32,000 nt of DNA. Origin: Methanosphaera stadtmanae DSM 3091. Lineage in GTDB: Archaea > Methanobacteriota > Methanobacteria > Methanobacteriales > Methanobacteriaceae. Each line of letters starts with the position of its first letter. The stretch's first letter is position 1. The position numbers and the translations under genes were made by a program. The stretch is taken from assembly GCF_000012545.1 (NCBI RefSeq), contig NC_007681.1, positions 300,001 to 332,000 on the forward strand, written 5' to 3'. Below the pieces are notes generated by a model. The model saw nothing but the letters and a program-made list of their open reading frames with translations. It did no database searches and was not told where the DNA came from. This document shows positions 1 to 10,550 of the stretch, in pieces.

Positions 1-51
1 AAATGTAATGATACATGTCCAACAAAGGCAATATATCATAAGGGAGACTAA
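1..51 (+). CDS. 3' end of a 4Fe-4S ferredoxin-type protein, probably formylmethanofuran dehydrogenase subunit G (partial)
   Basis: Frame 1 reads KCNDTCPTKAIYHKGD and stops at TAA 49-51. C-x3-CP-x2-AI is the tail of a ferredoxin cluster motif. It lies 3 nt upstream of fwdD, where fwdG sits in Methanobacteriales fwd operons. Confidence 0.45.
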   Translation, partial: KCNDTCPTKAIYHKGD

Positions 52-54
52 AAT

Positions 55-507
55 ATGGATGAAATGGATATTATCATAAATACAGGTACGAGTATTATCC
101 AAGCATTTTATGAAAAGAAAGGTTCTACATTAAAGGATGAATACAGACAATCTACAGCTGTAGCTTTTATGGATCCAAGGGATATGAAAAAATTATCTCT
201 AAAACCACGTGATAAAATAAATGTAACATCTAAATGGGGAAGTGTAACAATATATGCAGATAAATCCCATGATGCACCACATGAAGGTATGATATTCATA
301 CCAAGGGGACCATGGGCCAATATAGTAATAAGTCCAGAAACATATTGCTGTAATATTCCAACATATAAGGGAGTAAAAGCAGTAATTAAAAAAACAGACG
401 ATGAAGTATTACTCGTAGCAAATCTAATGCATAAAACATACAATAAATATAAATATAACACAAAAACTCTTGGACAAAAGCCAGTATATAAAAAAATAGG
501 GGAGTAA
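55..507 (+). CDS. fwdD: formylmethanofuran dehydrogenase subunit D (molybdopterin dinucleotide-binding domain)
   Basis: 150-aa ORF with GGAG 8 nt upstream. The sequence (AFMDPRDMKKL...INVTSKWGSV...GMIFIP) is typical of FwdD/FmdD. It lies directly upstream of fwdB. Confidence 0.88.
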   Translation: MDEMDIIINTGTSIIQAFYEKKGSTLKDEYRQSTAVAFMDPRDMKKLSLKPRDKINVTSKWGSVTIYADKSHDAPHEGMIFIPRGPWANIVISPETYCCNIPTYKGVKAVIKKTDDEVLLVANLMHKTYNKYKYNTKTLGQKPVYKKIGE

Positions 508-512
508 ATAAT

Positions 513-1856
513 TTGACGCAAATGCCAATTACTGATTATGATAGACAAGTAAAAAATTGTTCCTGTTCATACTGTGGAAATAATTGTGATGATATTACAT
601 ACCTACTAAAGGATGATAAAATAGTGGGAGTAAGACATGCATGTAGACTAGGTGCTAGTAAAATAATAAATGATGAAGATCAAAGATTACTAAATCCTAT
701 GATTAGAAACAAAGAAGGAATACTTAAGGAAACAACATGGGAAAATGCACTAGATAAAATAGCACAACTTCTAACAAACAGTGTACGTCCAGTACTATAT
801 GGTTGGGGAGAAACATCTGTTGAAGCAATAAAAGAGGGAATAAAAATAGCACAAATAACAGGAAGTGTAATAGATAATCAGTCAACAATATGTCATGGTG
901 CAACAATCCAAGCATTTCAAAATGTGGGACATCCTGTTATGACACTTGGAGCTGTAAAAAACAGGGCAGATGTAATAATATATGTTGGAACAAATCCAAT
1001 GGATGATCATCCAAGACATCTTTCACGTTACACAACCTTTCCAGAAGGATTTTTCAGACCAAATGGTCGGGAGGATAGAACAATAATAACAATAGATCCA
1101 AAATATACAAACACGGCTAAAGTATCAGATAAATGGATTAGCTATGATATAGGGGAAGACTATGCCTTTTTTAATACTCTACGTATGATACTTGCAGGAC
1201 ATGAAATAACTGATGAAGAAATTGCAGGAGTTAATATAGAAATATTGTATGAACTTGTAGAAATAATGAAAAATGCAGAATATGGTGCATTGTTCTTTGG
1301 ATTAGGTCTTACACAAAGTACTACAAAACAGGGAAATGTTGATGTTCTAATACAACTAATAGAAGATCTAAATAAATACTCAAAATGGTCCATGTTACCT
1401 ATGAGGGGATTTTTCAATGTTAATGGATTTAATATGGCATTAACAACAGAAACAGGATATCCATATGGTGTGGATTATTCAAGAGGATATCCAAGATACA
1501 TGGTTGGAGAAACAACAACAATAGATCTTTTAAATCGTAGAGAACCTGATTTTTTCATGGCAGTAGCAGCAGATCCTGGAGTTCAATTTCCAGGTTACAC
1601 AATCAAACACTTAGTTGACATACCAGTTGTACAAGTAGATACTCATTGGGGCCCATACACTGAACTTGCAGACATAGTACTTCCAAGTACAAGAGTAGGT
1701 GTGGAAACAAAAGGGACAGCTTATAGGATGGATTCAATACCATTATATATGAAAAAAGTTATTGAAAAACCTGAAAACTGTCATTCAGATCAATGGATAC
1801 TCTCCCAGATATACAATAGAATAGAAAAACTAAAACAAGAAAATGGAGATAACTAA
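513..1856 (+). CDS. fwdB: formylmethanofuran dehydrogenase subunit B (MopB-family pterin subunit, Cys type)
   Basis: 447-aa ORF with an N-terminal C-x2-C-x3-C...C 4Fe-4S motif (CSYCGNNC...HAC) and a candidate metal-ligand Cys in [11 protein letters not shown] start at 513 with GGAG 7 nt upstream; an alternative ATG is at 522. Confidence 0.92.
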   Translation: MTQMPITDYDRQVKNCSCSYCGNNCDDITYLLKDDKIVGVRHACRLGASKIINDEDQRLLNPMIRNKEGILKETTWENALDKIAQLLTNSVRPVLYGWGETSVEAIKEGIKIAQITGSVIDNQSTICHGATIQAFQNVGHPVMTLGAVKNRADVIIYVGTNPMDDHPRHLSRYTTFPEGFFRPNGREDRTIITIDPKYTNTAKVSDKWISYDIGEDYAFFNTLRMILAGHEITDEEIAGVNIEILYELVEIMKNAEYGALFFGLGLTQSTTKQGNVDVLIQLIEDLNKYSKWSMLPMRGFFNVNGFNMALTTETGYPYGVDYSRGYPRYMVGETTTIDLLNRREPDFFMAVAADPGVQFPGYTIKHLVDIPVVQVDTHWGPYTELADIVLPSTRVGVETKGTAYRMDSIPLYMKKVIEKPENCHSDQWILSQIYNRIEKLKQENGDN

Positions 1857-1857
1857 C

Positions 1858-3579
1858 ATGGAATATATTTTAAAAAATGGTATTGTATTTGATCCAGCAA
1901 ATAATATTGATGGAGAAAAAAAGGACATACTAATAAAAGATGGATACATAGTTAGTGAAGTATCAAAGGATGCAAAGATTATAGATGTTACAAATAAATT
2001 AGTAATGCCTGGAGGAGTAGATTTACACTCACACATAGCAGGACCAAAACTATCAGTGGGAAGATTATATCGTCCAGAAGATACAAGACGTGGAATAAAA
2101 CCTGCACCATGTGGTGCTATTGAGGGATTTGAAGCAGGATTTTCCATACCAACATGTCCAACAACTGGGTACAGGTATACTCGTATGGGATATACAACAG
2201 TAACAGAAGCAGCAGTACCACCCTTAGAGGCAAAACATGCACATGAAGAAATAAACAGTATTCCAAACCTTGATATACCAACATTAACACTCTTTGGTAA
2301 TAACTGGTTCATGCTTAAATATGTTAAGGAAAATAACTTAGAAAAACTAGCTTTATTCATATCAAAATGGTTGAAACTAGCAAAGGGTTATGGAATTAAA
2401 ATAGTAAATCCATGTGGAAGTGAAGCATGGGGTTGGGGAAAAAATGTAGATGGACTTGATGATCCAGAACCACACTGGGGTGTAACAGGACGTCAAGTAA
2501 TACAGGCTCTAACTAAAGTAAATGAAAAATTAGGTTTACCCCATTCTGTGCATGTTCATACAAATGACCTTGGACATCCTGGAAACTATGAAACAACACT
2601 TGAAACATTTGATTGTGTAAAGGATATTAAGAAAAATAAGAATGTAACAAGAGATCAAGTGTTACATGCAACACACGTACAGTTCCATGCATATAAGGGA
2701 ACATCATGGAGGGATGTTACATCAGGTGCACCAGAATTGATTGATTATATAAATAAGTCAAAACATATGACTTGTGATATTGGACAGATAACCTTCGATG
2801 AAACAACAACAATGACTGCAGATGCACCAATGGAGTATGATTTATACAGACTAACAGGACTTAAATGGGCAAATAAGGATATAGAGGTTGAAACTTCATC
2901 TGGACTTATTCCATCAATATATTCTAAACGAGCACCAGTAAGTGTACTTCAATGGGCTATTGGGCTTGAATTCTTCCTTGGAATAAAAGATCCATGGAAA
3001 TTGGCATTAACAACTGATTCACCAAATGGTGGTCCATTTATCAGATATCCACGTGTAATTTCATGGATAATGAGTAATGAAAAACTAAATGATATGCTTG
3101 ATAATCAAGTACATAGTTGGGCAACAAGAAGAACATCACTTGGAAGTTATGATAGGGAATATTCCTGGAATGAAATAGCAACAATTACAAGGGCAAGTCC
3201 AGCAAAAATACTTGGATTAACAGATAGAGGACATCTTGGTGTAGGTGCAAAGGCTGATGTTTCAGTATATGATATAGATGTCTATGACTTTGATACAACA
3301 CTTCTTAAAAATTCACAAACACTTGAAAACAAGTTATTAAACAGTTTATACACTATAAAAGATGGTATGATCATGGTTGATCATGGAAAAATTGTTAAAT
3401 TAGTAGATAGTAAACATATATGGACTAATGTTTGTGGCTTAGAAAAAGAAGAGGCTAATCTTGTAGATGAAATAACACCAGAATTTAATAAGTATTATAC
3501 TATAAAATATGAAAATTATGGTGTTCCAGATCATTATATAAAACCTGATACTTGTGTAGATATAGAATATGAGGATTAG
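1858..3579 (+). CDS. fwdA: formylmethanofuran dehydrogenase subunit A (amidohydrolase fold)
   Basis: The ORF is open from 1843, but ATG 1858 gives the usual MEYILKNG N-terminus with GGAG 8 nt upstream. It has the metal-binding GGVDLHSH motif and is about the expected length (573 aa). Confidence 0.93.
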   Translation: MEYILKNGIVFDPANNIDGEKKDILIKDGYIVSEVSKDAKIIDVTNKLVMPGGVDLHSHIAGPKLSVGRLYRPEDTRRGIKPAPCGAIEGFEAGFSIPTCPTTGYRYTRMGYTTVTEAAVPPLEAKHAHEEINSIPNLDIPTLTLFGNNWFMLKYVKENNLEKLALFISKWLKLAKGYGIKIVNPCGSEAWGWGKNVDGLDDPEPHWGVTGRQVIQALTKVNEKLGLPHSVHVHTNDLGHPGNYETTLETFDCVKDIKKNKNVTRDQVLHATHVQFHAYKGTSWRDVTSGAPELIDYINKSKHMTCDIGQITFDETTTMTADAPMEYDLYRLTGLKWANKDIEVETSSGLIPSIYSKRAPVSVLQWAIGLEFFLGIKDPWKLALTTDSPNGGPFIRYPRVISWIMSNEKLNDMLDNQVHSWATRRTSLGSYDREYSWNEIATITRASPAKILGLTDRGHLGVGAKADVSVYDIDVYDFDTTLLKNSQTLENKLLNSLYTIKDGMIMVDHGKIVKLVDSKHIWTNVCGLEKEEANLVDEITPEFNKYYTIKYENYGVPDHYIKPDTCVDIEYED

Positions 3580-3581
3580 AT

Positions 3582-4373
3582 ATGAGAACTATTAAATTAT
3601 TTATGAAAAAATTCAGTAAAATACCACTTGAATTTGATAATATACTTCCAGAAAAATTATATGATAAAACACAAAAACAAGTAGAAGAAACCATCATATA
3701 CAGGGGAAATAGAAAAGAACCATTAAATAAGTACTTCAAGGTAACAATAGATGGAACAACTACAAATCCAGATGAATGTACTATTATAATGGATGGTAAC
3801 ATGGAACGTGTTAAATACATTGGAAATTTAATGTCCTGTGGTAGTATTATTGTAAATAGTAATGTGGATTTACATGTAGGAGCACAGATGTCTGGAGGAT
3901 ATATAAGAGTAAATGGTAATACAGAAAGTTATGCTGGACGTGAAATGACTGGAGGATTACTTGAAATAAAGGGTAATACAAAGGAATTTCTAGGTTCATC
4001 ATATGCAGGTGAATGGAGGGGAATGTCTGGTGGATGTATAATAGTAGAAGGAAGTGCTGGTAGATATGCAGGAGACTGTATGTTAAATGGTCAGATAATA
4101 ATTAAGAAAAACTGTGATATACTAGTTGGAAATCATATGAGTGGTGGATACATAGAGGTTGATGGTAACATAACACGTTGGCCTGGAGGTAGTATGAAAA
4201 AAGGTGTTATTGTAGTTGGTGGATGTGTAGATGAAGTACTTCAAGGATTTAAAAAACAAGAAAAGATTCATAATCCCCTAATTAATAACAAGTATCATAT
4301 TGGAACATACACTCTTTATACTGGAGATAATACAACACGTGGAAAGGGTCAACTTTGGATAAAAAATAAGTAG
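3582..4373 (+). CDS. fwdC: formylmethanofuran dehydrogenase subunit C (GXGXG-repeat beta-helix)
   Basis: 263 aa with repeated G-rich turns (MSGGYIRVNGN, MTGGLLEIKGN, MSGGCIIVEGS, MSGGYIEVDGN). It starts 2 nt after the fwdA stop. Confidence 0.92.
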   Translation: MRTIKLFMKKFSKIPLEFDNILPEKLYDKTQKQVEETIIYRGNRKEPLNKYFKVTIDGTTTNPDECTIIMDGNMERVKYIGNLMSCGSIIVNSNVDLHVGAQMSGGYIRVNGNTESYAGREMTGGLLEIKGNTKEFLGSSYAGEWRGMSGGCIIVEGSAGRYAGDCMLNGQIIIKKNCDILVGNHMSGGYIEVDGNITRWPGGSMKKGVIVVGGCVDEVLQGFKKQEKIHNPLINNKYHIGTYTLYTGDNTTRGKGQLWIKNK

Positions 4374-4381
4374 GATATTAT

Positions 4382-4660
4382 ATGAATAGACAAATTATTG
4401 ATTTAAGTCAAAATGAACTTCTTAATTATATTGTTGATAACTTCAAAGAGGATGCTCTACTTGAAATATCATATAATAGGGTTTTTATTCCAGGAAAAAT
4501 ATTATACATAGATAAAAGTAGTGATGTTATAATAACACTTCAATTAATGGGACAGTTATTACATCAAAGAGTGGATATTAATATAAATGAAATCATAGAT
4601 GAAATAGTTGAACTAAGATATACCTATCATGAGATGGAAGTTATTATAAGATTATCATAA
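4382..4660 (+). CDS. hypothetical small acidic protein, co-oriented with and 8 nt downstream of fwdC
   Basis: 92-aa ORF with no Cys and no TM segment. I recognise no family. Its position suggests co-transcription with fwdDBAC, and a T9 run follows at 4702-4710. Confidence 0.5.
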   Translation: MNRQIIDLSQNELLNYIVDNFKEDALLEISYNRVFIPGKILYIDKSSDVIITLQLMGQLLHQRVDININEIIDEIVELRYTYHEMEVIIRLS

Positions 4661-4701
4661 AAAGGTGTGATATATAGAAGTATCTATAAATCATCCAACA
4701 C

Positions 4702-4710
4702 TTTTTTTTT
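4702..4710 (+). terminator. oligo-T tract (T9), putative archaeal terminator for the fwd transcript
   Basis: Nine consecutive T residues 42 nt after the stop of the 92-aa ORF. Archaeal RNA polymerase terminates at oligo-T tracts. The tract overlaps the stop codon of the convergent phi gene. Confidence 0.45.
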
Positions 4711-5293
4711 ATTCAAGTACAGTGTGTCTTGCTTTAAGATCTTTTTCTGTCTGTTCTAAATCTTGCATCATTTGTGCAATTATTGAATCTAGGAATATAA
4801 GAGCACTTATTTCAAAAATTGTTCCCATTGGAGATAATGATTGGTGAAGTCCACTTATTTGACGACGTGCATAATTTGGTTCAGAATCAATTTTTGTTCT
4901 TCCTTGTAATTGAAGAACTAAATCTGATCTTTGTGCAAGTGTACTGTCAGGATATGATGTTATTGCAATTATTTTAGAACCAATATTTTTAGCAATTCCT
5001 GTTGTACTTATAATGTAACTTGTTTCTCCAGAACCAGAAATAGCTATTAAACAATCCTTATCTGTAATAGCCGGTGTTGTTGTTTCCCCAACTACATATA
5101 CATTTAAACCTAAGTGCATTAGACGCATAGCAAATGCTTTTGCAACTAATCCTGAACGTCCTAATCCCATTATGAAAATACTTTCTACTTCTTCAATTAT
5201 CTTTGTCATTTTAGAAACATTTTCATCTGTAATGGTTTCTGTTGTTTTCTTAACATTTTCTATTATATCATTTAATGCATCATTATAAATCAT
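4709..5293 (-). CDS. phi: 6-phospho-3-hexuloisomerase (SIS domain, RuMP pathway)
   Basis: 194 aa with SIS motifs ([31 protein letters not shown]) and the length typical of archaeal PHI. Confidence 0.82.
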   Translation of the reverse strand: MIYNDALNDIIENVKKTTETITDENVSKMTKIIEEVESIFIMGLGRSGLVAKAFAMRLMHLGLNVYVVGETTTPAITDKDCLIAISGSGETSYIISTTGIAKNIGSKIIAITSYPDSTLAQRSDLVLQLQGRTKIDSEPNYARRQISGLHQSLSPMGTIFEISALIFLDSIIAQMMQDLEQTEKDLKARHTVLE

Positions 5294-5463
5294 GTTTTTC
5301 CCCTAAAAAAAATTTAAAATATATTCTACTATAAAAAAAATTGATAATTATTATATTATATTTATCAATAGTTAATTATTTATTATATTAAAATTTATAT
5401 TTACAATTTACTAAATTATTTTTATATAGTTGTAAAATATTTTTGTATGTAAGGTGTTGTATT

Positions 5464-6342
5464 ATGGACTTTAATAAAAAATTAAATTTTGAAATCAAGG
5501 GGCATGTATTTGATTATAAGTTATTTGAAACTCTTAATTCTATTAAAAATAATAAATCTCAAAGACGTGCTGCATCAAGTCTTGGAATATCCCACACAGT
5601 TTTAAATAGACGAATATTGTCTGCTGAAGAAATACTTTCAAAGAAACTTGTCACAGTATCAAATAAGGGATCTGTACTAACAGATTATGCTCTGGATATA
5701 CTTGATGAATATGAAACTTATGAAAATCGTTTATTGGATGATGAAGAGGAGATTACAGTTGCAGGAGGAGCAGTTTCATGTGAATTTATAAGGCAATTGG
5801 CTAGAATTTATCAACTTGAAAATATTAAGTTTCTTGAAACTGATAATAAAACTGCATTGAAATTGGCAGATATGGGTTTGGTGGACATAGTTTCATTTGA
5901 TGATCCTGTACAAGCATATATATATGATTTAGAACCAATACCACTTGCAAGAGATTATCTTCTTTTATTATCACATAAACCTCAAGAATTTAATAGTATA
6001 CATGATTTAAATGGCCTTAATTTTGTTGAAGTGGAAAATTCTGCACAAAGACTTGCATGGACAACACTAGCAAATTATGATTTAGATTTTGATATAGTGG
6101 ATGTTGTATCATCATTTTGTGAGGCAATGCATATTGTTGAAAATCATGAAAACATCTATACATTTATAAATAACAGTATGTCATATACATCACAATATAC
6201 AAGTAACATATTATCTAATGAGACACATCATATAATAAGTGCATTGAATGTTAAAAATAATAGTTTAATAGATAATTTCCTAAATTTTGCAACACATCAT
6301 GCAAGAAACTTAAGATTCAATTCTAATTTTGAATTTCTATAA
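5464..6342 (+). CDS. ModE-N-type HTH transcriptional regulator with a C-terminal periplasmic-binding-protein-like domain (no Mop domains)
   Basis: N-terminal SQRRAASSLGISHTVLNRRI is a ModE/LysR-type HTH. The C-terminal ~200 aa (ITVAGGAVSCEF...ALKLADMGLVDIVSF) resembles the PBP-like oxyanion-binding domain. ATG 5464 has AAGGTG 7 nt upstream; the ORF track starts at TTG 5443. Confidence 0.65.
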   Translation: MDFNKKLNFEIKGHVFDYKLFETLNSIKNNKSQRRAASSLGISHTVLNRRILSAEEILSKKLVTVSNKGSVLTDYALDILDEYETYENRLLDDEEEITVAGGAVSCEFIRQLARIYQLENIKFLETDNKTALKLADMGLVDIVSFDDPVQAYIYDLEPIPLARDYLLLLSHKPQEFNSIHDLNGLNFVEVENSAQRLAWTTLANYDLDFDIVDVVSSFCEAMHIVENHENIYTFINNSMSYTSQYTSNILSNETHHIISALNVKNNSLIDNFLNFATHHARNLRFNSNFEFL

Positions 6343-6398
6343 ATATTTTTTTTTATTTAAAACAGGCATATTCAAAGTTAAAAAAAAGTAAAAAAAGT

Positions 6399-6429
6399 AA
6401 GTATTTAATAATTAAATACTTCTTATTTT
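6399..6429. terminator. hairpin (11-bp arms AAGTATTTAAT/ATTAAATACTT) with T-run on + and A-runs upstream: candidate bidirectional terminator
   Basis: Perfect inverted repeat 6399-6409 / 6411-6421, followed by CTTATTTT and preceded by AAAAAAAGTAAAAAAAGT. It lies between the convergent regulator and lysK genes. A T9 run also occurs at 6346-6354. Confidence 0.4.
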
Positions 6430-6456
6430 GGATTTTAAAGTTATTTTTTAATAAAG

Positions 6457-8046
6457 TTATTCTTCTAATCTGAATCTTTTTATAACGAAGTCTTTATCAA
6501 GTGATAATACAAAGGATGCTGCACGTGGACCTTGTTTTTTACCAATAATTGTTTTATAAATTGCTTGGAAAGCTTTTTGTGGTTTCATTCCAAGTGATTC
6601 AAGTACTTCATACATTCTATCATGGAATTGAACATCATTTTCAAATGTTTCACTTTCAAGTATATTAGCAATTTGTTTGAGGAACTCTTTTTGTTCATCT
6701 GTTATTTCAATACGTGGCATTTTATTCATAACTTGGAATTTTACAAATTTAGGACCATATGTCTCAAGCCAGTTGTGAACATATTCAATTCTTTGGAGGA
6801 ATGTATCCCTATCAAATTCACTTAAATCTTCAAATGTAACATTTTCAAGTCTCTCTGGTAGTTGGTTGTTGTTTTTAAGTATTGTGTATATTTTATTAGC
6901 ATTACCATTTGCTATTTGATATGCTACTGTAAGGAATCTGTATGATGGTTGGAATGGCATTTCATCAGGCATATCATTAATTTGGGATACTTCATATATT
7001 TTTGTAAGTTTTTCTTTTTCTTTTTCATTACTTGCTTCTTCTTGACCATATGCAATTCTTTCTACTCTATCATATTGGTCCATAAGATCAAGGAATCCCA
7101 TTTTTGGTGTGAAATCTTTAGGTTTTAGAGGTTTGTTTCTGAAAATATAATAATTTAATGTTTCAGGTTTACCTATTTTAAGCCAAGCTTCTGGTGAGAA
7201 AAATACTCCTTTAGATTTACTCATTGCATCTCCATCAAGTGTAATCCATTCATATGGTACTGGGTATGGTGCAGGATAATTGAATATTTCATCTGATATA
7301 ATTTTACTAACATCATATGATCCACCACTTGCAGCATGGTCTTTTCCAAATGGTTCACATGTAATATTAAGGATTTTCCATCTTGCAGCCCATTCTACTC
7401 TCCATGTTAATTTACCCATTCCTGTTGTGTAGTCAACTTCACCTTCATGTCCACAGTCACATTTATATTTAATATTTGTACCTTCAAAGTCATATGCATG
7501 GGTTGTATTTACTCTTCCACATTCAGAACATATTGCATTGTATGGTAGCCAATCTTCACTTAATGGATGTTCTCTGTATTCATTAAATATTTCTCTTATT
7601 CTTTCAGTATTTTCTAGTGCAACTTTTGTAGCTTCAGTATATACACCATTTTTATACATTTGTGCTCCACTTTTTATTTCAAGATTTTCAATATCAAATG
7701 GTTTAAGAGAATTTACAAATGGTTTTTGGAAGTGTTCTACAAAGTTTTCACAACATCCTTCAGGACATGGGATTTCATAGTATGGTTGTCCAAGATATTT
7801 ACTGTAATTTTCTGGTAATGGATATGGTACTTTTCTTAATGGATCATAGTCATCTGCAATCCATACAGTTTTTGCATTTTCACCTATTTTTCTTAATTCT
7901 TTACTTACTGCATTTGCAATGAATATGTCACAGCTATTTCCAATATGTACTGATCCTGAAATGGATGTTCCACTACCTATAATATATTCATCTTTTTTTT
8001 GTTGACTTAATTCTTCAGCTATTCTTTCAGTCCAATGTTTACTCAT
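6457..8046 (-). CDS. lysK: class I lysyl-tRNA synthetase
   Basis: 529 aa with a HIGH-like HIGN motif ([11 protein letters not shown]), a KMSKS-like MSKSKG motif and a Zn-binding Cys cluster (CSECG...CDCGH). This is the typical archaeal class I LysRS. Confidence 0.95.
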   Translation of the reverse strand: MSKHWTERIAEELSQQKKDEYIIGSGTSISGSVHIGNSCDIFIANAVSKELRKIGENAKTVWIADDYDPLRKVPYPLPENYSKYLGQPYYEIPCPEGCCENFVEHFQKPFVNSLKPFDIENLEIKSGAQMYKNGVYTEATKVALENTERIREIFNEYREHPLSEDWLPYNAICSECGRVNTTHAYDFEGTNIKYKCDCGHEGEVDYTTGMGKLTWRVEWAARWKILNITCEPFGKDHAASGGSYDVSKIISDEIFNYPAPYPVPYEWITLDGDAMSKSKGVFFSPEAWLKIGKPETLNYYIFRNKPLKPKDFTPKMGFLDLMDQYDRVERIAYGQEEASNEKEKEKLTKIYEVSQINDMPDEMPFQPSYRFLTVAYQIANGNANKIYTILKNNNQLPERLENVTFEDLSEFDRDTFLQRIEYVHNWLETYGPKFVKFQVMNKMPRIEITDEQKEFLKQIANILESETFENDVQFHDRMYEVLESLGMKPQKAFQAIYKTIIGKKQGPRAASFVLSLDKDFVIKRFRLEE

Positions 8047-8433
8047 ATATAATCACGAATAATCTTTTTTATTATAATTAGAAATATCTATAGCCTTCCA
8101 CTTAGTAATCTTTGAATTATCTAAATTGGATATAATCTTTAGAATCTTTAATGAAATAGATTATTTATAACTAGTTTTAGTTTATAATAATAAGTTTTTT
8201 CTTATTAATAGGGTTATAGATTAATTATTATTCTAATTTCTTTTAATTAAAAAATCATTAATATAATTATTATTTTAGTTTTTCATTGCTTATATTTTTT
8301 TAGTGAAAAATATATTAATTAATTATAGAATAATTATAATATATTATAAGATAATTTATTTTAGTCAATATCATTTGTTAGAGATATGATACAATAATTT
8401 AGATAGATAAAAATTTTATTTTTGGTGAAAAAG

Positions 8434-9087
8434 ATGTATGTAATAATAGTTGGTGCTGGAAGAGTAGGATTAAATTTGGCTCAATCTCTAATTAGAGAAG
8501 GATTAAACGTTACTATTATTGAAAATGATTCTACAATTTCAGAGGAAGTTGCAGAACAGATTAATGCAATGGTAATTCATGGTGATGCCACATCAGTTCA
8601 AGTATTAGAAGATGCTGATATTACTGATGCTGATGTTTTTGTAGCTGCAACAGGTCATGATACAGTAAATCTCTTAACATCAGTGTTAAGTCAAAATTAT
8701 GATAATATAAAAAAGATCATTGCAAGAGTTAATGATCTTGATCATGTTAATGCATTTAAAAGAGTTGGAATTGACATAACAGTAAGTCCAGAATCAGCAG
8801 TAGCATCATACTTGGAACGTATAATAACAAGGCCAAAGGTTTCAGATTTAATAATTCTTGGTAGGGGTTCAACAGAATTATTAGATGTTAAATTAGAAAA
8901 TAAGGATTTATATGGTAAAAGAGTTTTAGATTATAGTCCAACAGAAAATTATATTATATGTGCAGTATATGAAGATAATGAATTAATAATTCCTCAAGAG
9001 GATACAGTATTTCATGAAAACCAGAAAATATCAGTTATAACAAAATCAGAATGTGTACAAGAAGTTACAAAATTATTTGCACCATAA
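8434..9087 (+). CDS. trkA: TrkA-type K+ transport NAD-binding regulatory protein (RCK N + C domains)
   Basis: The N-terminus MYVIIVGAGRVG is a Rossmann GxGxxG motif, followed by a TrkA-C-like C-terminal half. ATG 8434 has GGTGA 5 nt upstream; the ORF track begins at TTG 8422. No trkH gene is adjacent. Confidence 0.88.
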   Translation: MYVIIVGAGRVGLNLAQSLIREGLNVTIIENDSTISEEVAEQINAMVIHGDATSVQVLEDADITDADVFVAATGHDTVNLLTSVLSQNYDNIKKIIARVNDLDHVNAFKRVGIDITVSPESAVASYLERIITRPKVSDLIILGRGSTELLDVKLENKDLYGKRVLDYSPTENYIICAVYEDNELIIPQEDTVFHENQKISVITKSECVQEVTKLFAP

Positions 9088-9150
9088 ACTCATCTTTACT
9101 ATTTTTTCAGGGAATATTATTAAAATAAGTAGTTTTTTTAAAATAGTTTT

Positions 9151-9173
9151 AAAATAGGATAAATACCTATTTT
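9151..9173. terminator. hairpin AAAATAGG-N7-CCTATTTT between convergent trkA and thiC
   Basis: 8-bp perfect inverted repeat with a 7-nt loop. The arms contain A/T runs in both orientations. A T7 run at 9134-9140 lies upstream. Confidence 0.35.
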
Positions 9174-9245
9174 AAAAATTATTGTAGATATTTAAAAAAA
9201 AATGAATGAATGGTAGTAGGATAATGTTTATCTATTACCTTGTAT

Positions 9246-10550
9246 CTAGTTATCAAAAGCATCTTTATCTGCTTTGTCTAACCATTGATTTACTATTTTT
9301 ATAGCACAGTAGTTACCACACATTGTACATGTGTCATCTGCTTCAGGTGGTCTTTTATCTCTGATTGCTTTTGCATCTGCTGGCCACATTGCGTGTTCAT
9401 ATTGTTCTGTCCAGTTTAAGCTTTTTCTTGCATGTGCCATTGCTATATCGTCTTCTCCGAATCTTTCAAGGTCTATTGCTAAATCTCCTGCGTGAGCTCC
9501 GATTCTTGTAGCAATTACTCCTTCTCTTACATCTTCTGGTCCTGGTAGAGCTAAGTGTTCTGCAGGTGTTACATAACATATGAAGTTTGCTCCATATCTT
9601 GCACATTGTGCTGCTCCTATAGCAGATACTATGTGGTCGTATGCTGGTGCAATATCTGTTACAATAGGTCCTAACATATAGAATGGTGCGTTTTTACACA
9701 TTTTTTTCTGAATGTTGATGTTTGTTTCAATTTCATTGATTGGTATGTGTCCTGGTCCTTCTACAATAGTTTGTACTCCTCTTTCTCTTGCTCTGTCTAC
9801 TAATTCACCTAATACAATTAGTTCTTGTATTTGAGCTCTGTCTGTAGAGTCTGTGAGTGCTCCTGCTCTCATTGCGTTAGCCATACTTAAACATACATCA
9901 TATTCTTCTACAATATCAAGAACTTGATCGTAGTTTTCATATAATGGGTTTTCACAGTCGTTGTGTACCATCCATGAGGATATGAATGAACCTCCACGAC
10001 TTACAAGTCCACCGTTTCTTCCTTGTCTTTTAAGTCTTTTTAAGGTTTCTCTGTTTACAGAACAGTGAATAGCCATAAAGTCTATCCCGTCTTTTGCTTG
10101 TTTTTCAATGTTTTTAAGCATGTCATCTGGGTCCATGTTAATTGCTGAACCATCTTTTTCTATTGCTTCTACAGCTGTTTGGTATATAGGTACGCTACCT
10201 ACAGGTTTTTTAGTGTTTTTAAGTACAGTTCTTCTTATGTTGTCTAAGTCTCCACCTATACTTAGTTCCATAAGTGTGTCTGCTCCTGCTTCTTCAGCAA
10301 TTTTTGCTTTTTCTAATTCCATGTCTAAATCATTAATATCGGTGGATGTACCTATTGTTGCATTTACTTTTGTTCTTAAGTTTTCACCTATACCCACTGC
10401 TACTGTTTCTCTTTGGTTGTTATCTGGAATTGCAATGTATCCTTTTGCAACCATTTTTCTTATATATTCAGGATCTAATTTTTCATCAGCAGCCACGGTT
10501 TTCATAGCTTCAGTAATGTTTCCTCTCATTGCTTCTAGCATTTGTGTCAT
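9246..10550 (-). CDS. thiC: phosphomethylpyrimidine synthase ThiC (radical SAM)
   Basis: It has the C-terminal CTMCGNYC (C-x2-C-x4-C) cluster motif and a conserved ThiC core. ATG 10550 gives the typical MTQML...G.IT N-terminus with GGAG 9 nt upstream; the ORF is open to ATG 10565. Confidence 0.95.
   Translation of the reverse strand: MTQMLEAMRGNITEAMKTVAADEKLDPEYIRKMVAKGYIAIPDNNQRETVAVGIGENLRTKVNATIGTSTDINDLDMELEKAKIAEEAGADTLMELSIGGDLDNIRRTVLKNTKKPVGSVPIYQTAVEAIEKDGSAINMDPDDMLKNIEKQAKDGIDFMAIHCSVNRETLKRLKRQGRNGGLVSRGGSFISSWMVHNDCENPLYENYDQVLDIVEEYDVCLSMANAMRAGALTDSTDRAQIQELIVLGELVDRARERGVQTIVEGPGHIPINEIETNINIQKKMCKNAPFYMLGPIVTDIAPAYDHIVSAIGAAQCARYGANFICYVTPAEHLALPGPEDVREGVIATRIGAHAGDLAIDLERFGEDDIAMAHARKSLNWTEQYEHAMWPADAKAIRDKRPPEADDTCTMCGNYCAIKIVNQWLDKADKDAFDN

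Noticed and set aside
108-548. Antisense or alternative-frame ORFs from the track. Examples: 108-548(-), 724-915(-), 1830-2360(-), 3500-3820(-), 10108-10581(+), 14455-14793(+), 16403-16849(+), 17684-17999 (both strands), 25234-25569(-), 28423-28860(-), 31310-31701(-).
   Set aside because: Each lies wholly inside a well-supported conserved gene on the other strand or in another frame. Their translations are low-complexity, with runs rich in Leu, Phe, Ser and Ile, and none has a ribosome-binding site. Such ORFs are typical by-products of AT-rich coding DNA.
513-1856. Selenocysteine recoding in fwdB.
   Set aside because: The ORF is continuous with Cys at the expected ligand position. There is no in-frame TGA and no split ORF.
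8047-8433. Short AATCTTT repeats (8107, 8134, 8143) and ATAGATTA(T/A)TTAT repeats in the lysK-trkA divergent region; possible ncRNA.
   Set aside because: These are short, low-complexity AT-rich repeats with no GC-rich or structured segment. They are consistent with ordinary divergent promoter DNA.
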